A DNA stretch of 22,781 nucleotides from a virus. The position numbers and the translations under genes are program-made. The notes beneath the pieces were generated by a model that ran no database searches, was not told where the DNA came from, and worked only from the letters and a program-made list of their open reading frames with translations. Positions 6,826-15,547 of the stretch are shown one piece after another. The stretch lies in the UHGV virus genome UHGV-1752254; one strand, given 5' to 3'. Position 1 is the first letter of the stretch. Each line of letters begins with the position of its first letter.

Positions 6826-7750
6826 TGATTTTTGCGCCTTTATTCTGACTCACGGGCGACCGGACAAAGTTCTGACTTACCGGACGTTGCGTCGTGCTGG
6901 CTATACCGGGAAAATTTTTATCGTTGTTGATGATGAAGATAAGACACGGAATCAGTACATGGCTGAATTTGGTGAACAGGTGCTGGTGTTTTCCAAAGCC
7001 GATATCGCCAGTCGTTTTGACGAAGCCGATAATTTCTGTGACCGCCGCTCAATTTTTTACGCCCGTAATGCCTGTTTCGACCTGGCAAAACTGGTCGGGT
7101 GTAAATACTTCATTCAGCTCGATGATGATTATCACGAGTTCCAGTTTCGGGTGGATCGCAACTATGACCAGGCCTATTTTCCGATAAGGAAACTGGATGC
7201 GATCCTTTCTGAAATGCTGGCGTACTACGAATCAATACCTGCTCTTTCCATCGCTATGTCGCAGGGCGGGGATTTTCTTGGTGACAATGGCGGCCATGCT
7301 TCGTGGGTGAAACGCAAGGCAATGAACAGCTTTATCTGTTCGGTTGATCGACCGTTCTCATTCATGGGGCGCATTAACGAGGATGTGAATACGTACACGA
7401 ATCTCGGTCGCTGTGGTGAATTGTTTATGACGATCGGTGCTGTCCAGTTAGGGCAGAAACAGACGCAGAAAAACAGCGGCGGAATGACCGAGCTGTATCT
7501 GGATTCCGGAACCTACGTTAAAAGTTTTTACTCCGTCATGTATGCGCCGTCGTGCGTAAAAATCTCACTGATGGGTGCCAGCCATAAACGCATTCACCAT
7601 CAGGTCACCTGGAACAACGCTGCAGTAAAAATCCTTCACGAAAAATACAGGAAGAAGACACCCTGCATATCAATGGGGGTGACAAATGATTCCGTATTCG
7701 AAAGTCGAGTCTCTGGCAGCGTGCCGGATGACTGCACAACAAATCGCTGA
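6818..7750 (+). CDS. Hypothetical protein with GT-A-fold (family-2-like) glycosyltransferase signature
   Basis: ATG 6818 is preceded by GGAGGAGGAGG and overlaps the ParB-like stop by 8 nt. The track ORF starts at an upstream in-frame ATG 6797. Motifs spaced as in GT2-type enzymes: FILTHGR (res ~8-14), IVVDDED (~35-41), IQLDDDY (~99-105, DXD-like). No obvious TM segments. Function is inferred from motifs only. Confidence 0.6.
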   Translation: MRDDFCAFILTHGRPDKVLTYRTLRRAGYTGKIFIVVDDEDKTRNQYMAEFGEQVLVFSKADIASRFDEADNFCDRRSIFYARNACFDLAKLVGCKYFIQLDDDYHEFQFRVDRNYDQAYFPIRKLDAILSEMLAYYESIPALSIAMSQGGDFLGDNGGHASWVKRKAMNSFICSVDRPFSFMGRINEDVNTYTNLGRCGELFMTIGAVQLGQKQTQKNSGGMTELYLDSGTYVKSFYSVMYAPSCVKISLMGASHKRIHHQVTWNNAAVKILHEKYRKKTPCISMGVTNDSVFESRVSGSVPDDCTTNR

Positions 7751-7937
7751 CGTTCTGGATGTTGATCTGAACCGACTGAAAGAAAATCGGGAAGCAATGA
7801 CAGATTTTTATGCGGCCATCCGTAAGGGCAGAGCGAAAGGTGAAGCCGAGTTACGAGCGGCATTGTTTAAGCTTGCCAGAAAAGGGGATGCCTTTGCTCT
7901 GCGCGAACTACTCAGGGTGGATAAAAATCAGGACTAA
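7686..7937 (+). CDS. Small HTH-like DNA-binding protein upstream of terS
   Basis: 83-aa ORF. GGGGGTG RBS-like upstream of ATG 7686; an internal ATG at 7728 is an alternative start. Helix-turn-helix-like segment (TAQQIADVLDVDLNRL). Its 5' end overlaps the 3' end of the preceding gene by 65 nt. Confidence 0.5.
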   Translation: MIPYSKVESLAACRMTAQQIADVLDVDLNRLKENREAMTDFYAAIRKGRAKGEAELRAALFKLARKGDAFALRELLRVDKNQD

Positions 7938-7940
7938 CTG

Positions 7941-9035
7941 ATGAGCAGACCGGACTGGGGGGCGTTGCAGCAGGAGTATATTGCTGAATACACCCGCTCC
8001 GGTATATCTCCGGTGGCATGGTGTGAAGCAAGGGGACTGAATTACGCAACAGCCCGTCGTTACATCAAAAAAACTCCGAAAAATGCGCAGACAGAAATGT
8101 GCAAAACTGCGCAAAAAAGTGCGCAGAAAAAATCTGCGCAGACTGCACAAAAGCGGAACGAAAAATCTCAGGAAAAAAAGCCAGTATTCGATGCGGGCCT
8201 GAATGAGGGCGACGCGGAGGAATTTTCGTTCTGTCCCGATGAATTCGGCATTTCTGACCAGCAGGCTAAGTTTGCGATGCTTGTTGCTCAGGGTAAAAAG
8301 CCGACAGAGGCGTACCGACTAGCCGGTTATGAGGGGCAAGGTGCGACAGCTAACAGCAACGCCAGTCGTATGCTTAGAAATGCCAGGGTTTTTCGCGCTA
8401 TCAGCTACTTCCGCAATCAGTACCAGAAACGCTATACCGCAGACCTGGATTTACTAGTGAGTCAGTTGATGGCTATTGTCCTGGCCGACCCCAATCAGCT
8501 TGCACAATTTCGCCGTGTTAACTGCCGTTATTGCTGGGGCGAGAATCATCTCTACCAGTGGCGCGATATAGCAGAATTCGACAAGGCAGCGGCGCAGGCT
8601 TCCAGAGATGGCAAACCCGAACCGGAATATGGAGGCCTCGGCTTTGTTGATAACGCCATACCCAATCCGGACTGCCCGAAGTGCTGCGGTGAGGGAACGG
8701 GACAGCTTTATATGGCTGATACCACTCTGCTTGATGGGGATGCGCGGCAATTATATGCAGGGGCAAAATTCGGAAAATTCGGCGTTGAGATCCTGCTGGA
8801 GGATAAGGCTGCCGCCCGGCGTGAATTGTTGCGTTTGCTTTCTGCTGGCGGGGCTTTATGTGCAGATAAGCGGCTACAGGAACTGGAAATTGAACGGCGC
8901 AGAATGGAAAACCAGAAGCTGCGCAAAGAGATCGAAACGGTGGAAGATAATGAACATCCCCAGCCTGTGGCGATCAATATTAATGTGGTTGATGCCAGAG
9001 TAAGGAGTGATGAAGATGATCTCTCCGACGCTTAA
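7941..9035 (+). CDS. Terminase small subunit
   Basis: 364-aa product with an N-terminal HTH (ISPVAWCEARGLNYATARRYIKK) and a central TerS-like motif (FCPDEFGISDQQAKFAMLVAQGKKPTEAYRLAGYEG...ANSNASRMLRNARV). Directly upstream of the large terminase gene. Confidence 0.75.
   Translation: MSRPDWGALQQEYIAEYTRSGISPVAWCEARGLNYATARRYIKKTPKNAQTEMCKTAQKSAQKKSAQTAQKRNEKSQEKKPVFDAGLNEGDAEEFSFCPDEFGISDQQAKFAMLVAQGKKPTEAYRLAGYEGQGATANSNASRMLRNARVFRAISYFRNQYQKRYTADLDLLVSQLMAIVLADPNQLAQFRRVNCRYCWGENHLYQWRDIAEFDKAAAQASRDGKPEPEYGGLGFVDNAIPNPDCPKCCGEGTGQLYMADTTLLDGDARQLYAGAKFGKFGVEILLEDKAAARRELLRLLSAGGALCADKRLQELEIERRRMENQKLRKEIETVEDNEHPQPVAININVVDARVRSDEDDLSDA
8084..8149 (+). repeat. Cluster of six TGCGCA-type hexamers inside terS (candidate pac site)
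   Basis: TGCGCA at 8084, 8108, 8120 and 8135, plus variants TGTGCA at 8098 and TGCACA at 8144, spaced 9-15 bp and each in an A-rich context. Encodes the low-complexity peptide NAQTEMCKTAQKSAQKKSAQTAQK. Confidence 0.5.
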
Positions 9036-10317
9036 TGTGCCTCAGGCGCGATTTCTTTCAATGCCCCATAAATTTAAAGCCTATATTGCTGGTTTTGGCT
9101 CGGGCAAAACATGGGTTGGGTGTGGCGGCATATGCAAGGGGATTTGGGAGCATCCAGGTATAAATCAGGGATATTTTGCGCCAACGTATCCCCAAATTCG
9201 CGATATTTTTTACCCTACAGTGGAAGAAGTTGCTGCTGACTGGGGATTGAACGTAAAAATTAATGAGGGAAATAAAGAGGTTCACTTTTATTACGGACGC
9301 CAGTATCGGGGAACCACTATCTGCAGATCGATGGAGAAGCCACAAACGATCGTCGGTTTCAAAATTGGTAATGCGTTGGTGGATGAACTGGACATTTTGC
9401 CGAAGGAAAAAGCCAGAACGGCGTGGCGCAAGATAATTGCGCGTATGCGTTATAAGATTGATGGACTTCGCAACGGTATTGACGTTACAACCACGCCGGA
9501 AGGATTCAAATTTGTCTACGAGCAGTTTGTTAAAGCCGTGCGTGAAAAAACAGAGCTGGCCTCACTGTATGGTCTGGTGCAGGCATCTACTTTCGATAAT
9601 GAAAAGAACCTGCCAGCAGATTACATTCCTTCGCTTCTTGAGTCATACCCTCCAGAGCTGATTAAAGCCTATCTTCGAGGACAGTTTACTAACCTGACAA
9701 GTGGTACTGTTTACCATCAGTTTGACCGGAAACTGAATAATTGCGAAGAAGTGGAGCAGCCAGGGGAGCCGATTTATATTGGGATGGATTTTAACGTTGG
9801 AAAGATGGCGGGGGTCGTCCATGTACTGCGTTTGGGGCTTCCATGTGCGGTAACTGAAATCATCAATGCCTACGATACACCGGATATGATCCGCATCATT
9901 AAAGAACGCTTCTGGCTGTATGACGGGAATGATTACCGGAAAGTGAGGGAGATTTATATTTATCCAGATGCTTCCGGAGATTCCAGAAAATCAAGTAACG
10001 CAAGTACGACGGATATAGCCCAGCTTAAGCAGGCTGGTTTTAACGTTGTGGTGAACAGCTCGAACCCGCCAGTAAAAGATCGCGTTAACTCAATGAATGC
10101 AATGTTCTGCAATGCCAATGGCGAACGTCGCTATAAAGTTAATGTGAAGCGTTGTCCGGTATATGCCGAATCTCTGGAGCAACAGGTCTGGGATGATAAG
10201 GGGGAGCCTGATAAAAAATCTGGCAATGATCACCCGAATGATGCCGGAGGTTATTTCATCGTTAAGCAATTCCCTATTGTCAAACCGACCGGAAGAGTCA
10301 CATCACTTCGGATTTAA
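9016..10317 (+). CDS. Terminase large subunit
   Basis: Walker A motif GFGSGKT near the N-terminus and terminase-like ATPase/nuclease organisation. TAAGGAG RBS 8 nt upstream of ATG 9016. The track ORF starts at an in-frame GTG at 9007, too close to the RBS. Confidence 0.9.
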   Translation: MISPTLNVPQARFLSMPHKFKAYIAGFGSGKTWVGCGGICKGIWEHPGINQGYFAPTYPQIRDIFYPTVEEVAADWGLNVKINEGNKEVHFYYGRQYRGTTICRSMEKPQTIVGFKIGNALVDELDILPKEKARTAWRKIIARMRYKIDGLRNGIDVTTTPEGFKFVYEQFVKAVREKTELASLYGLVQASTFDNEKNLPADYIPSLLESYPPELIKAYLRGQFTNLTSGTVYHQFDRKLNNCEEVEQPGEPIYIGMDFNVGKMAGVVHVLRLGLPCAVTEIINAYDTPDMIRIIKERFWLYDGNDYRKVREIYIYPDASGDSRKSSNASTTDIAQLKQAGFNVVVNSSNPPVKDRVNSMNAMFCNANGERRYKVNVKRCPVYAESLEQQVWDDKGEPDKKSGNDHPNDAGGYFIVKQFPIVKPTGRVTSLRI

Positions 10318-10319
10318 TT

Positions 10320-11726
10320 ATGGCTGATATATCAACACCCAACCTCGACTATAACGATATGCTGGAGGCGTGGGATATTAACGACGCACTGATGGGCGGT
10401 ACGCTTGAAATGCGCAGGCAGGGGGAAAATTATCTCCCAAAATGGCCTAACGAAGATGAAGACGCTTATAAAAAACGCCTGTCTGTGGCTACGCTACTTC
10501 CTGTGTATGAAGAAAGCATCAAGCAAAATATTGGGCGCATATTTGCAGAGCCGACAGTATTGAGTGAGGAAACGCCGGCAAAAATCAGGGAATATGCAGA
10601 AAATATCGACATGGAGGGAAGCCGACTGGATGTGTGGGCGCAGCAATTTTTCAGCCTCGCATTTCAGTATGGTGTGGCACATGCGCTGGTGGACTATCCA
10701 CGAACGGATATGAAAGAGATTCGGACAAAAGCCGATGAAAACGCGGCCGGTAGTCGTCCGTACGTTACGATGCTGAATCCACGCCAGGTTATTGGATGGA
10801 AATCGAAAGTTGAAAAAGGGAAAGTTGTTCTCACTGATTTGCGTATAAAAGAGGTCATCATTATTGATGGTGATGATTTCGGGCAGAAGAAGGTGGAGCA
10901 GATCCGCCATATTATGCCCCGTCGAGTTGAAATTTATCGACGTAGCGAAGGCACTAATGGCGAATCTGTCTGGACGCTTCATGAGTCATGGAATACCAGC
11001 CGTGATGATATTCCTCTGGTAACACTGTACACGAAGAAAACAGGATTTATGCGTGGTACACCGCCATTGCTTAATCTTGGCTTGCTGAATATCAAGCACT
11101 GGCAAAGCCAGAGCGAGCAGGACAATATTCTTCATGTTGCCCGCGTTCCATTGCTGGTGGCCTACGGGCTGGACAGGAATGAAGAACTGACGGTTGGTGC
11201 ATCCACCGCTACGATTTTTGAGGACAGAACAAAAAATGGCCTCGAATATGTTGAACATAGTGGCGCAGCGATAGAATCTGGCGAAACATCACTTGAGAAG
11301 CTGGAAAATCAGATGCGTCATGCCGGCGCTAAACTTCTGCGTGCTGAAAATACATCCACCAAATCTGTTGATCAGACTAATGAAGAGCGAATGCAGGAAA
11401 ACTCGCCGCTTTATAGAATGGCGAACTCCCTCGAAGATGCCCTCGATAATATTCTCCAGATAATGGCGGAATGGATCGGAGAGAGTTGCGGTGGCAATGT
11501 GGATGTGCGCACTGAACTGGATGTATCTGCCCAGGTGTTTGACTCATCCTCCGCGCTGGCTGTTCAGTCATTGCGTCAGGGCGGTGATATACGTCAGATT
11601 GATGCGATTCGGGTGTTGCAGGCGTTGAAATTTATCGATCAGGATTCCCGTCCAGAGGAAGTGATCGATGAATTAAAAAATCAGAGTGTAATGCTGATGG
11701 AAATCAATGATGCAAACCGTGAATGA
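10320..11726 (+). CDS. Portal protein
   Basis: 468-aa ORF immediately after TerL (3-nt gap), with acidic portal-like composition. Canonical position in a terminase-portal-head module. Confidence 0.8.
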   Translation: MADISTPNLDYNDMLEAWDINDALMGGTLEMRRQGENYLPKWPNEDEDAYKKRLSVATLLPVYEESIKQNIGRIFAEPTVLSEETPAKIREYAENIDMEGSRLDVWAQQFFSLAFQYGVAHALVDYPRTDMKEIRTKADENAAGSRPYVTMLNPRQVIGWKSKVEKGKVVLTDLRIKEVIIIDGDDFGQKKVEQIRHIMPRRVEIYRRSEGTNGESVWTLHESWNTSRDDIPLVTLYTKKTGFMRGTPPLLNLGLLNIKHWQSQSEQDNILHVARVPLLVAYGLDRNEELTVGASTATIFEDRTKNGLEYVEHSGAAIESGETSLEKLENQMRHAGAKLLRAENTSTKSVDQTNEERMQENSPLYRMANSLEDALDNILQIMAEWIGESCGGNVDVRTELDVSAQVFDSSSALAVQSLRQGGDIRQIDAIRVLQALKFIDQDSRPEEVIDELKNQSVMLMEINDANRE

Positions 11727-12822
11727 ACGGCTGCGTGATGAATCAATTGCTCATGCAGTCTGGATATCCCGCTATAGCACTGGCGTGGCTGCCAGAATGG
11801 TGAAAATACTGAATGACAGCGATGCGGAACTTACTGCTCGCCTGCTGATAGCACTGGACAGCCTCGATCCAGGTAGTTTTACCGTTAAGCGCCTGGAGTC
11901 ACTTCTGGCGAGCGTCAGAGAGGTTAACCGCACTGCTATTAACAGCATGTTTACCAGTCTCTACGGAGAGCTGAACGAGCTGGCAATTTATGAGGCTGGT
12001 TATCAGTTAAGTCTGTTTGATTCTATGCTACCTGATTTTGTTGCTGATGTTCACCCTCTGGTTGGTATCTCTCCTGATGCACTTTATGCCGCTGCAATGG
12101 CGCGACCATTTCAGGGACGACTGCTCAGTGAGTGGGCCTCAGATCTTGAGGCGGATCGGCTCAGACGCATAACAAATACAGTGCGTCAGGGTTTTTTGCT
12201 GGGGGATACCAATGAGCAGATCGCAAGAAAAATTCGGGGACATGTCAGTAAGGGATTTCAGGATGGTGCATTGCAGATGAGCCGGGCTAATGCGGCCAGC
12301 ATTGCAAAAACAGCGGTTGGACATCTTGCTGCTACTGCCCGTGAGAGTTTTGCCAGCGCGAATAATGATTTGATTAAGGGTAAGCAATGGTTATCAACGC
12401 TTGATAATCGTACTACGCCACAATGTCGAATCAGGGATCGCCTCAAATATACGCTGAATAATAAACCTGTAGGTCACAGCGTGCCTTATTTGCAGGGGCC
12501 GGGAAAAATTCATTTCTGCTGCCGCTCAACGGAAACGTTCATTCTGAAATCAGCGAAGGAACTGGGTATTGATGTTCGCGATATTTCCCCGGCTGAGCGG
12601 GCCAGCATGGATGGCGTGGTGGCCGGAGATACAACCTACAGGGAATGGTTTTTGCGTCAGCCTTACACCAGACAAAAACAGATTGTGGGGGAAACCCGAG
12701 CAAAGCTGATTCGGGATGGTGGTATGTCGCCAGATGAATTTTACACCGATAAAGGCGAATGGCTGACGCTGAAGCAGCTCCGTGAGCGTGATGCACAGGT
12801 ATTCAGAAAAGCAGGGATTTAA
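11707..12822 (+). CDS. Head morphogenesis protein (Mu F-like / SPP1 gp7-like minor head protein)
   Basis: 371-aa ORF overlapping the portal 3' end by 20 nt. Position after the portal gene and size fit this family. Confidence 0.7.
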   Translation: MMQTVNERLRDESIAHAVWISRYSTGVAARMVKILNDSDAELTARLLIALDSLDPGSFTVKRLESLLASVREVNRTAINSMFTSLYGELNELAIYEAGYQLSLFDSMLPDFVADVHPLVGISPDALYAAAMARPFQGRLLSEWASDLEADRLRRITNTVRQGFLLGDTNEQIARKIRGHVSKGFQDGALQMSRANAASIAKTAVGHLAATARESFASANNDLIKGKQWLSTLDNRTTPQCRIRDRLKYTLNNKPVGHSVPYLQGPGKIHFCCRSTETFILKSAKELGIDVRDISPAERASMDGVVAGDTTYREWFLRQPYTRQKQIVGETRAKLIRDGGMSPDEFYTDKGEWLTLKQLRERDAQVFRKAGI

Positions 12823-12841
12823 ATAAATCATTTATTACAAC

Positions 12842-12868
12842 AGGCTACCTTCGGGTGGCCTTTTTTAT
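12842..12868 (+). terminator. Intrinsic terminator (UUCG tetraloop) after the head morphogenesis gene
   Basis: 8-bp stem AGGCTACC / GGTGGCCT (one G-U pair) with loop TTCG, followed by TTTTTATT. Confidence 0.6.
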
Positions 12869-12926
12869 TGCTGCGATCCGGATGGTGAGCAGCGTAACTG
12901 TCGGAAGACTTAAACCAGGTACTAAT

Positions 12927-13691
12927 ATGAAACTGAAAACGGTCGAGATTAACGGAAAACAATACGCAGAAATTGATACTGCTGGCCTGCCAGTTTATGT
13001 GCACGACGATGGTAAAGAAATTGGCTTCGATGCACCGCTGGCGACAAAAAAAATTACAGAGCTTAATAGCGAGGCAAAAAATCATCGCCTGGCTAAAGAA
13101 GCTGCAGAGGAAAAACTGGCTAAGTTTGCCGCTATCGAAGACCCGAAGAAGGCGATCGAGGCACTGGAAATGCTGTCAAAAATCGACCAGAAAAAGCTGC
13201 TCGATGCGGGACAGGTTGACCAGGTTAAGGCAGAAATTACGAAAAATTTTCAGCAGCAATTAGATGAAGAAAAGCAACGCTCTCAGATGCTGGAGAAGCA
13301 GCTTTACGATTCTATGATTGGCGGTAGTTTTGCGGGTTCAAAATATATTGCCGATAAAATTGCGATCCCGGCAGATTTATTACAAGCCCGCTTCGGGCAG
13401 GCATTCAAAGTGGAAGAAGGGAGGATCGTTGCTTATGACGCTTCCGGCAACAAAATTTATTCCCGCGCGAAGCCTGGCGAACTGGCGCAGTTTGATGAGG
13501 CGCTGGAGTTCCTTGTCGAAAATTACCCTCAGAAAGACTACATCCTGAAAGCCAGTGGCAACAATGGCGGCGGCTCCCGTCCGACACAGCATGATATTGG
13601 TCAGAAAACGATGAAACGCTCTGCTTTTGATGCACTGGATGTTGCAGGTAAGCAAAACGCATTGAAAGACGGTATCACAATCGTTGATTAA
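12927..13691 (+). CDS. Head scaffolding protein
   Basis: 254 aa from ATG 12927; the track ORF starts at an upstream GTG that lies inside the terminator. Highly charged, predicted alpha-helical/coiled-coil sequence, sitting between the head-morphogenesis and major capsid genes. Confidence 0.6.
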   Translation: MKLKTVEINGKQYAEIDTAGLPVYVHDDGKEIGFDAPLATKKITELNSEAKNHRLAKEAAEEKLAKFAAIEDPKKAIEALEMLSKIDQKKLLDAGQVDQVKAEITKNFQQQLDEEKQRSQMLEKQLYDSMIGGSFAGSKYIADKIAIPADLLQARFGQAFKVEEGRIVAYDASGNKIYSRAKPGELAQFDEALEFLVENYPQKDYILKASGNNGGGSRPTQHDIGQKTMKRSAFDALDVAGKQNALKDGITIVD

Positions 13692-13789
13692 CACATTTGT
13701 CAGCTTCCGGATGGGAGCTGGTGTCAAGGCTGGATAGCTCATTACTCCATCTATTCACAATTACGCAAATTTTTAAGGAATATTTAATT

Positions 13790-14929
13790 ATGGCTGGAAA
13801 TACCCTGACCGGGTTGATCCCGACTATTTATACCGCCCTGGATGTTGTATCCCGTGAGCAGGTAGGTTTTATCCCTGCGGTAGCAAAAAACGCAAAAGCT
13901 GACGCCGCAGCAAAAGATCAGACGGTAACCGCGCCAGTTGCGCCTGAGGCGAAAACCGAAGATATCGTACCGGGGCCGTCAGCTCCGAATACCGGTGATC
14001 AAAATATTGGCACTGTTGATGTAAAAATTACTAAATCCAAAATGGCACCGGTTAAATGGAATGGTGAAGAACAACTGGCTCTTGGCCCTTCAGGGACTTA
14101 CAACACCATTCTGGCTGATCAGTTCAAGCAGGCTTTTCGCGCCCTTGCAAACGAGGTTGAGGCTGATCTTGGTGCGTTGTATTTCGGTGCTTCCCGCGCC
14201 GTGGGAACCGCAGGGACAACGCCGTTTGGTGTTAAAGATGATCTTTCTGATGCTGCTCTGGCTCGTCAGGTTCTGGAGGATAACGGCGCACCGACAACCG
14301 ATCTGCAGATGGTGCTTGGCTCCACTGCCATTGCTAATTTGCGCGGAAAACAGTCTGTATTGTTTAAAGTGAATGAATCCGGCACTGAACAGCTACTGCG
14401 TGAGGGCGTGTTGGGGCGTCTGGAGGGATTCAATATTCACAGTTCGGCAGGTGTGAAACGAGCGCCAAAGGTTGCTGCAACTGGTTATCTCGTGAATGGA
14501 GAGAAAAAAGAAGGCGATGTTCTTATTTCCATTGATACTGGTTCGGGGAGTATTTCTGCAGGTCAGATTGTTACGTTCGCTGGTGATCCGAATCAGTATG
14601 TTGTGGCAGCAGCGACCAGCAATCTGATTACTCTTGCAGCGCCCGGACTGCGTCAGGATCTGGCCGATGATACTGCCATCACAGTTGTTGGGGCCTTTAC
14701 GGCAAATATGGCGTTTGATCGCAACGCGTTTCTGCTGGCATCCCGTACTCCGGCAATGCCGGAAGGTGGCGATAATGCTGATGATGTAATGAATGTTACG
14801 GACCCGATTTCAGGGATTACGTTCCAGATTGCACTGTATCGTCAGTATCGCCAGGTGCGCTATGAAGTTGGACTGGCATGGGGTGTTTCATCAGTGAAGC
14901 CGGCACATGGTTGTCTGATTCTTGGTTAA
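13790..14929 (+). CDS. Major capsid protein
   Basis: 379 aa from ATG 13790, preceded by an AAGGAA RBS; the track ORF has an upstream extension. Follows the scaffold gene and is followed by a terminator. Size and composition fit a coat protein. Confidence 0.75.
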   Translation: MAGNTLTGLIPTIYTALDVVSREQVGFIPAVAKNAKADAAAKDQTVTAPVAPEAKTEDIVPGPSAPNTGDQNIGTVDVKITKSKMAPVKWNGEEQLALGPSGTYNTILADQFKQAFRALANEVEADLGALYFGASRAVGTAGTTPFGVKDDLSDAALARQVLEDNGAPTTDLQMVLGSTAIANLRGKQSVLFKVNESGTEQLLREGVLGRLEGFNIHSSAGVKRAPKVAATGYLVNGEKKEGDVLISIDTGSGSISAGQIVTFAGDPNQYVVAAATSNLITLAAPGLRQDLADDTAITVVGAFTANMAFDRNAFLLASRTPAMPEGGDNADDVMNVTDPISGITFQIALYRQYRQVRYEVGLAWGVSSVKPAHGCLILG

Positions 14930-14939
14930 ACATTCAAAC

Positions 14940-14962
14940 GGGGCTTCGGCCCCATTTTTAAT
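14940..14962 (+). terminator. Intrinsic terminator (UUCG tetraloop) after the major capsid gene
   Basis: GGGGC-TTCG-GCCCC hairpin (14940-14953) followed by ATTTTTAAT. Confidence 0.65.
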
Positions 14963-14971
14963 GGGGGACAT

Positions 14972-15148
14972 ATGGCCGGATTAACTAAAGAGCAAAGAGC
15001 ACAGCGTGAAGCCGCACAAAAAACGCAAATTGAGTTAGTGGTTATGGTGACCGATTATCAGATGTTTCCCGGCGCACCAACTATCGCTAATGTTCATCCT
15101 GATGAAGTTGACAACTGGAAGGCTATGGGCTGGAAAACTCAGGAGTAA
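14972..15148 (+). CDS. Small hypothetical protein (58 aa), absent from the ORF track
   Basis: ATG 14972 preceded by GGGGGA. Open frame giving MAGLTKEQRAQREAAQKTQIELVVMVTDYQMFPGAPTIANVHPDEVDNWKAMGWKTQE, with stop TAA at 15146-15148. Fills the otherwise non-coding gap between the capsid terminator and the next gene. Confidence 0.4.
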   Translation: MAGLTKEQRAQREAAQKTQIELVVMVTDYQMFPGAPTIANVHPDEVDNWKAMGWKTQE

Positions 15149-15151
15149 CAC

Positions 15152-15547
15152 ATGATCACTTACGTGACCTGTGATGACGTTGATAATGCGTTTGGGAACG
15201 CCTGGACGAGTGAGAACGCTAAAAATAAAGCTGTTTTAATGGCTAATGCCTGGCTTAATGGCTTCAACCTGAAAATTAACCCATCCCGTATTCCGGAAGA
15301 GGTAAAACTTGCGGGAGCATATGCAGCCAGAATTGCCTCATTCGGTAAGTTGTTTCAGCAGAAAAATGATTCTGGCGTTGTTATCAGTAAAGCCGTGTCG
15401 GCTGACGGGGTCAGTGTATCGAAATCATTTTCTGAGTTGCCAGCAAACAGCACTGCATTGCTTGAACCCGATTTACAGCTTGCGATAGCACTGCTGAAAC
15501 CGTACGGACTTAGTCGCTCACAAGTCAGGGTTGTGAGGGGGGGATAA
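15152..15547 (+). CDS. Putative head-tail connector / head completion protein
   Basis: 131-aa ORF with AGGAG RBS 6 nt upstream. First of four small genes between capsid and major tail. Role assigned by position. Confidence 0.5.
   Translation: MITYVTCDDVDNAFGNAWTSENAKNKAVLMANAWLNGFNLKINPSRIPEEVKLAGAYAARIASFGKLFQQKNDSGVVISKAVSADGVSVSKSFSELPANSTALLEPDLQLAIALLKPYGLSRSQVRVVRGG

Noticed and set aside
8084-8149. CRISPR-like interpretation of the short repeats
   Set aside because: The units are 6-bp palindromes 9-15 bp apart inside a coding sequence, not 25-40-bp repeats with spacers. No CRISPR array is present anywhere in the window.
13692-13789. Hairpin CAGCTTCC-GGAT-GGGAGCTG between the scaffold and capsid genes as a terminator
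   Set aside because: No U-tract follows. More likely an RNA processing or stability element, or coincidental; not reported as a feature.
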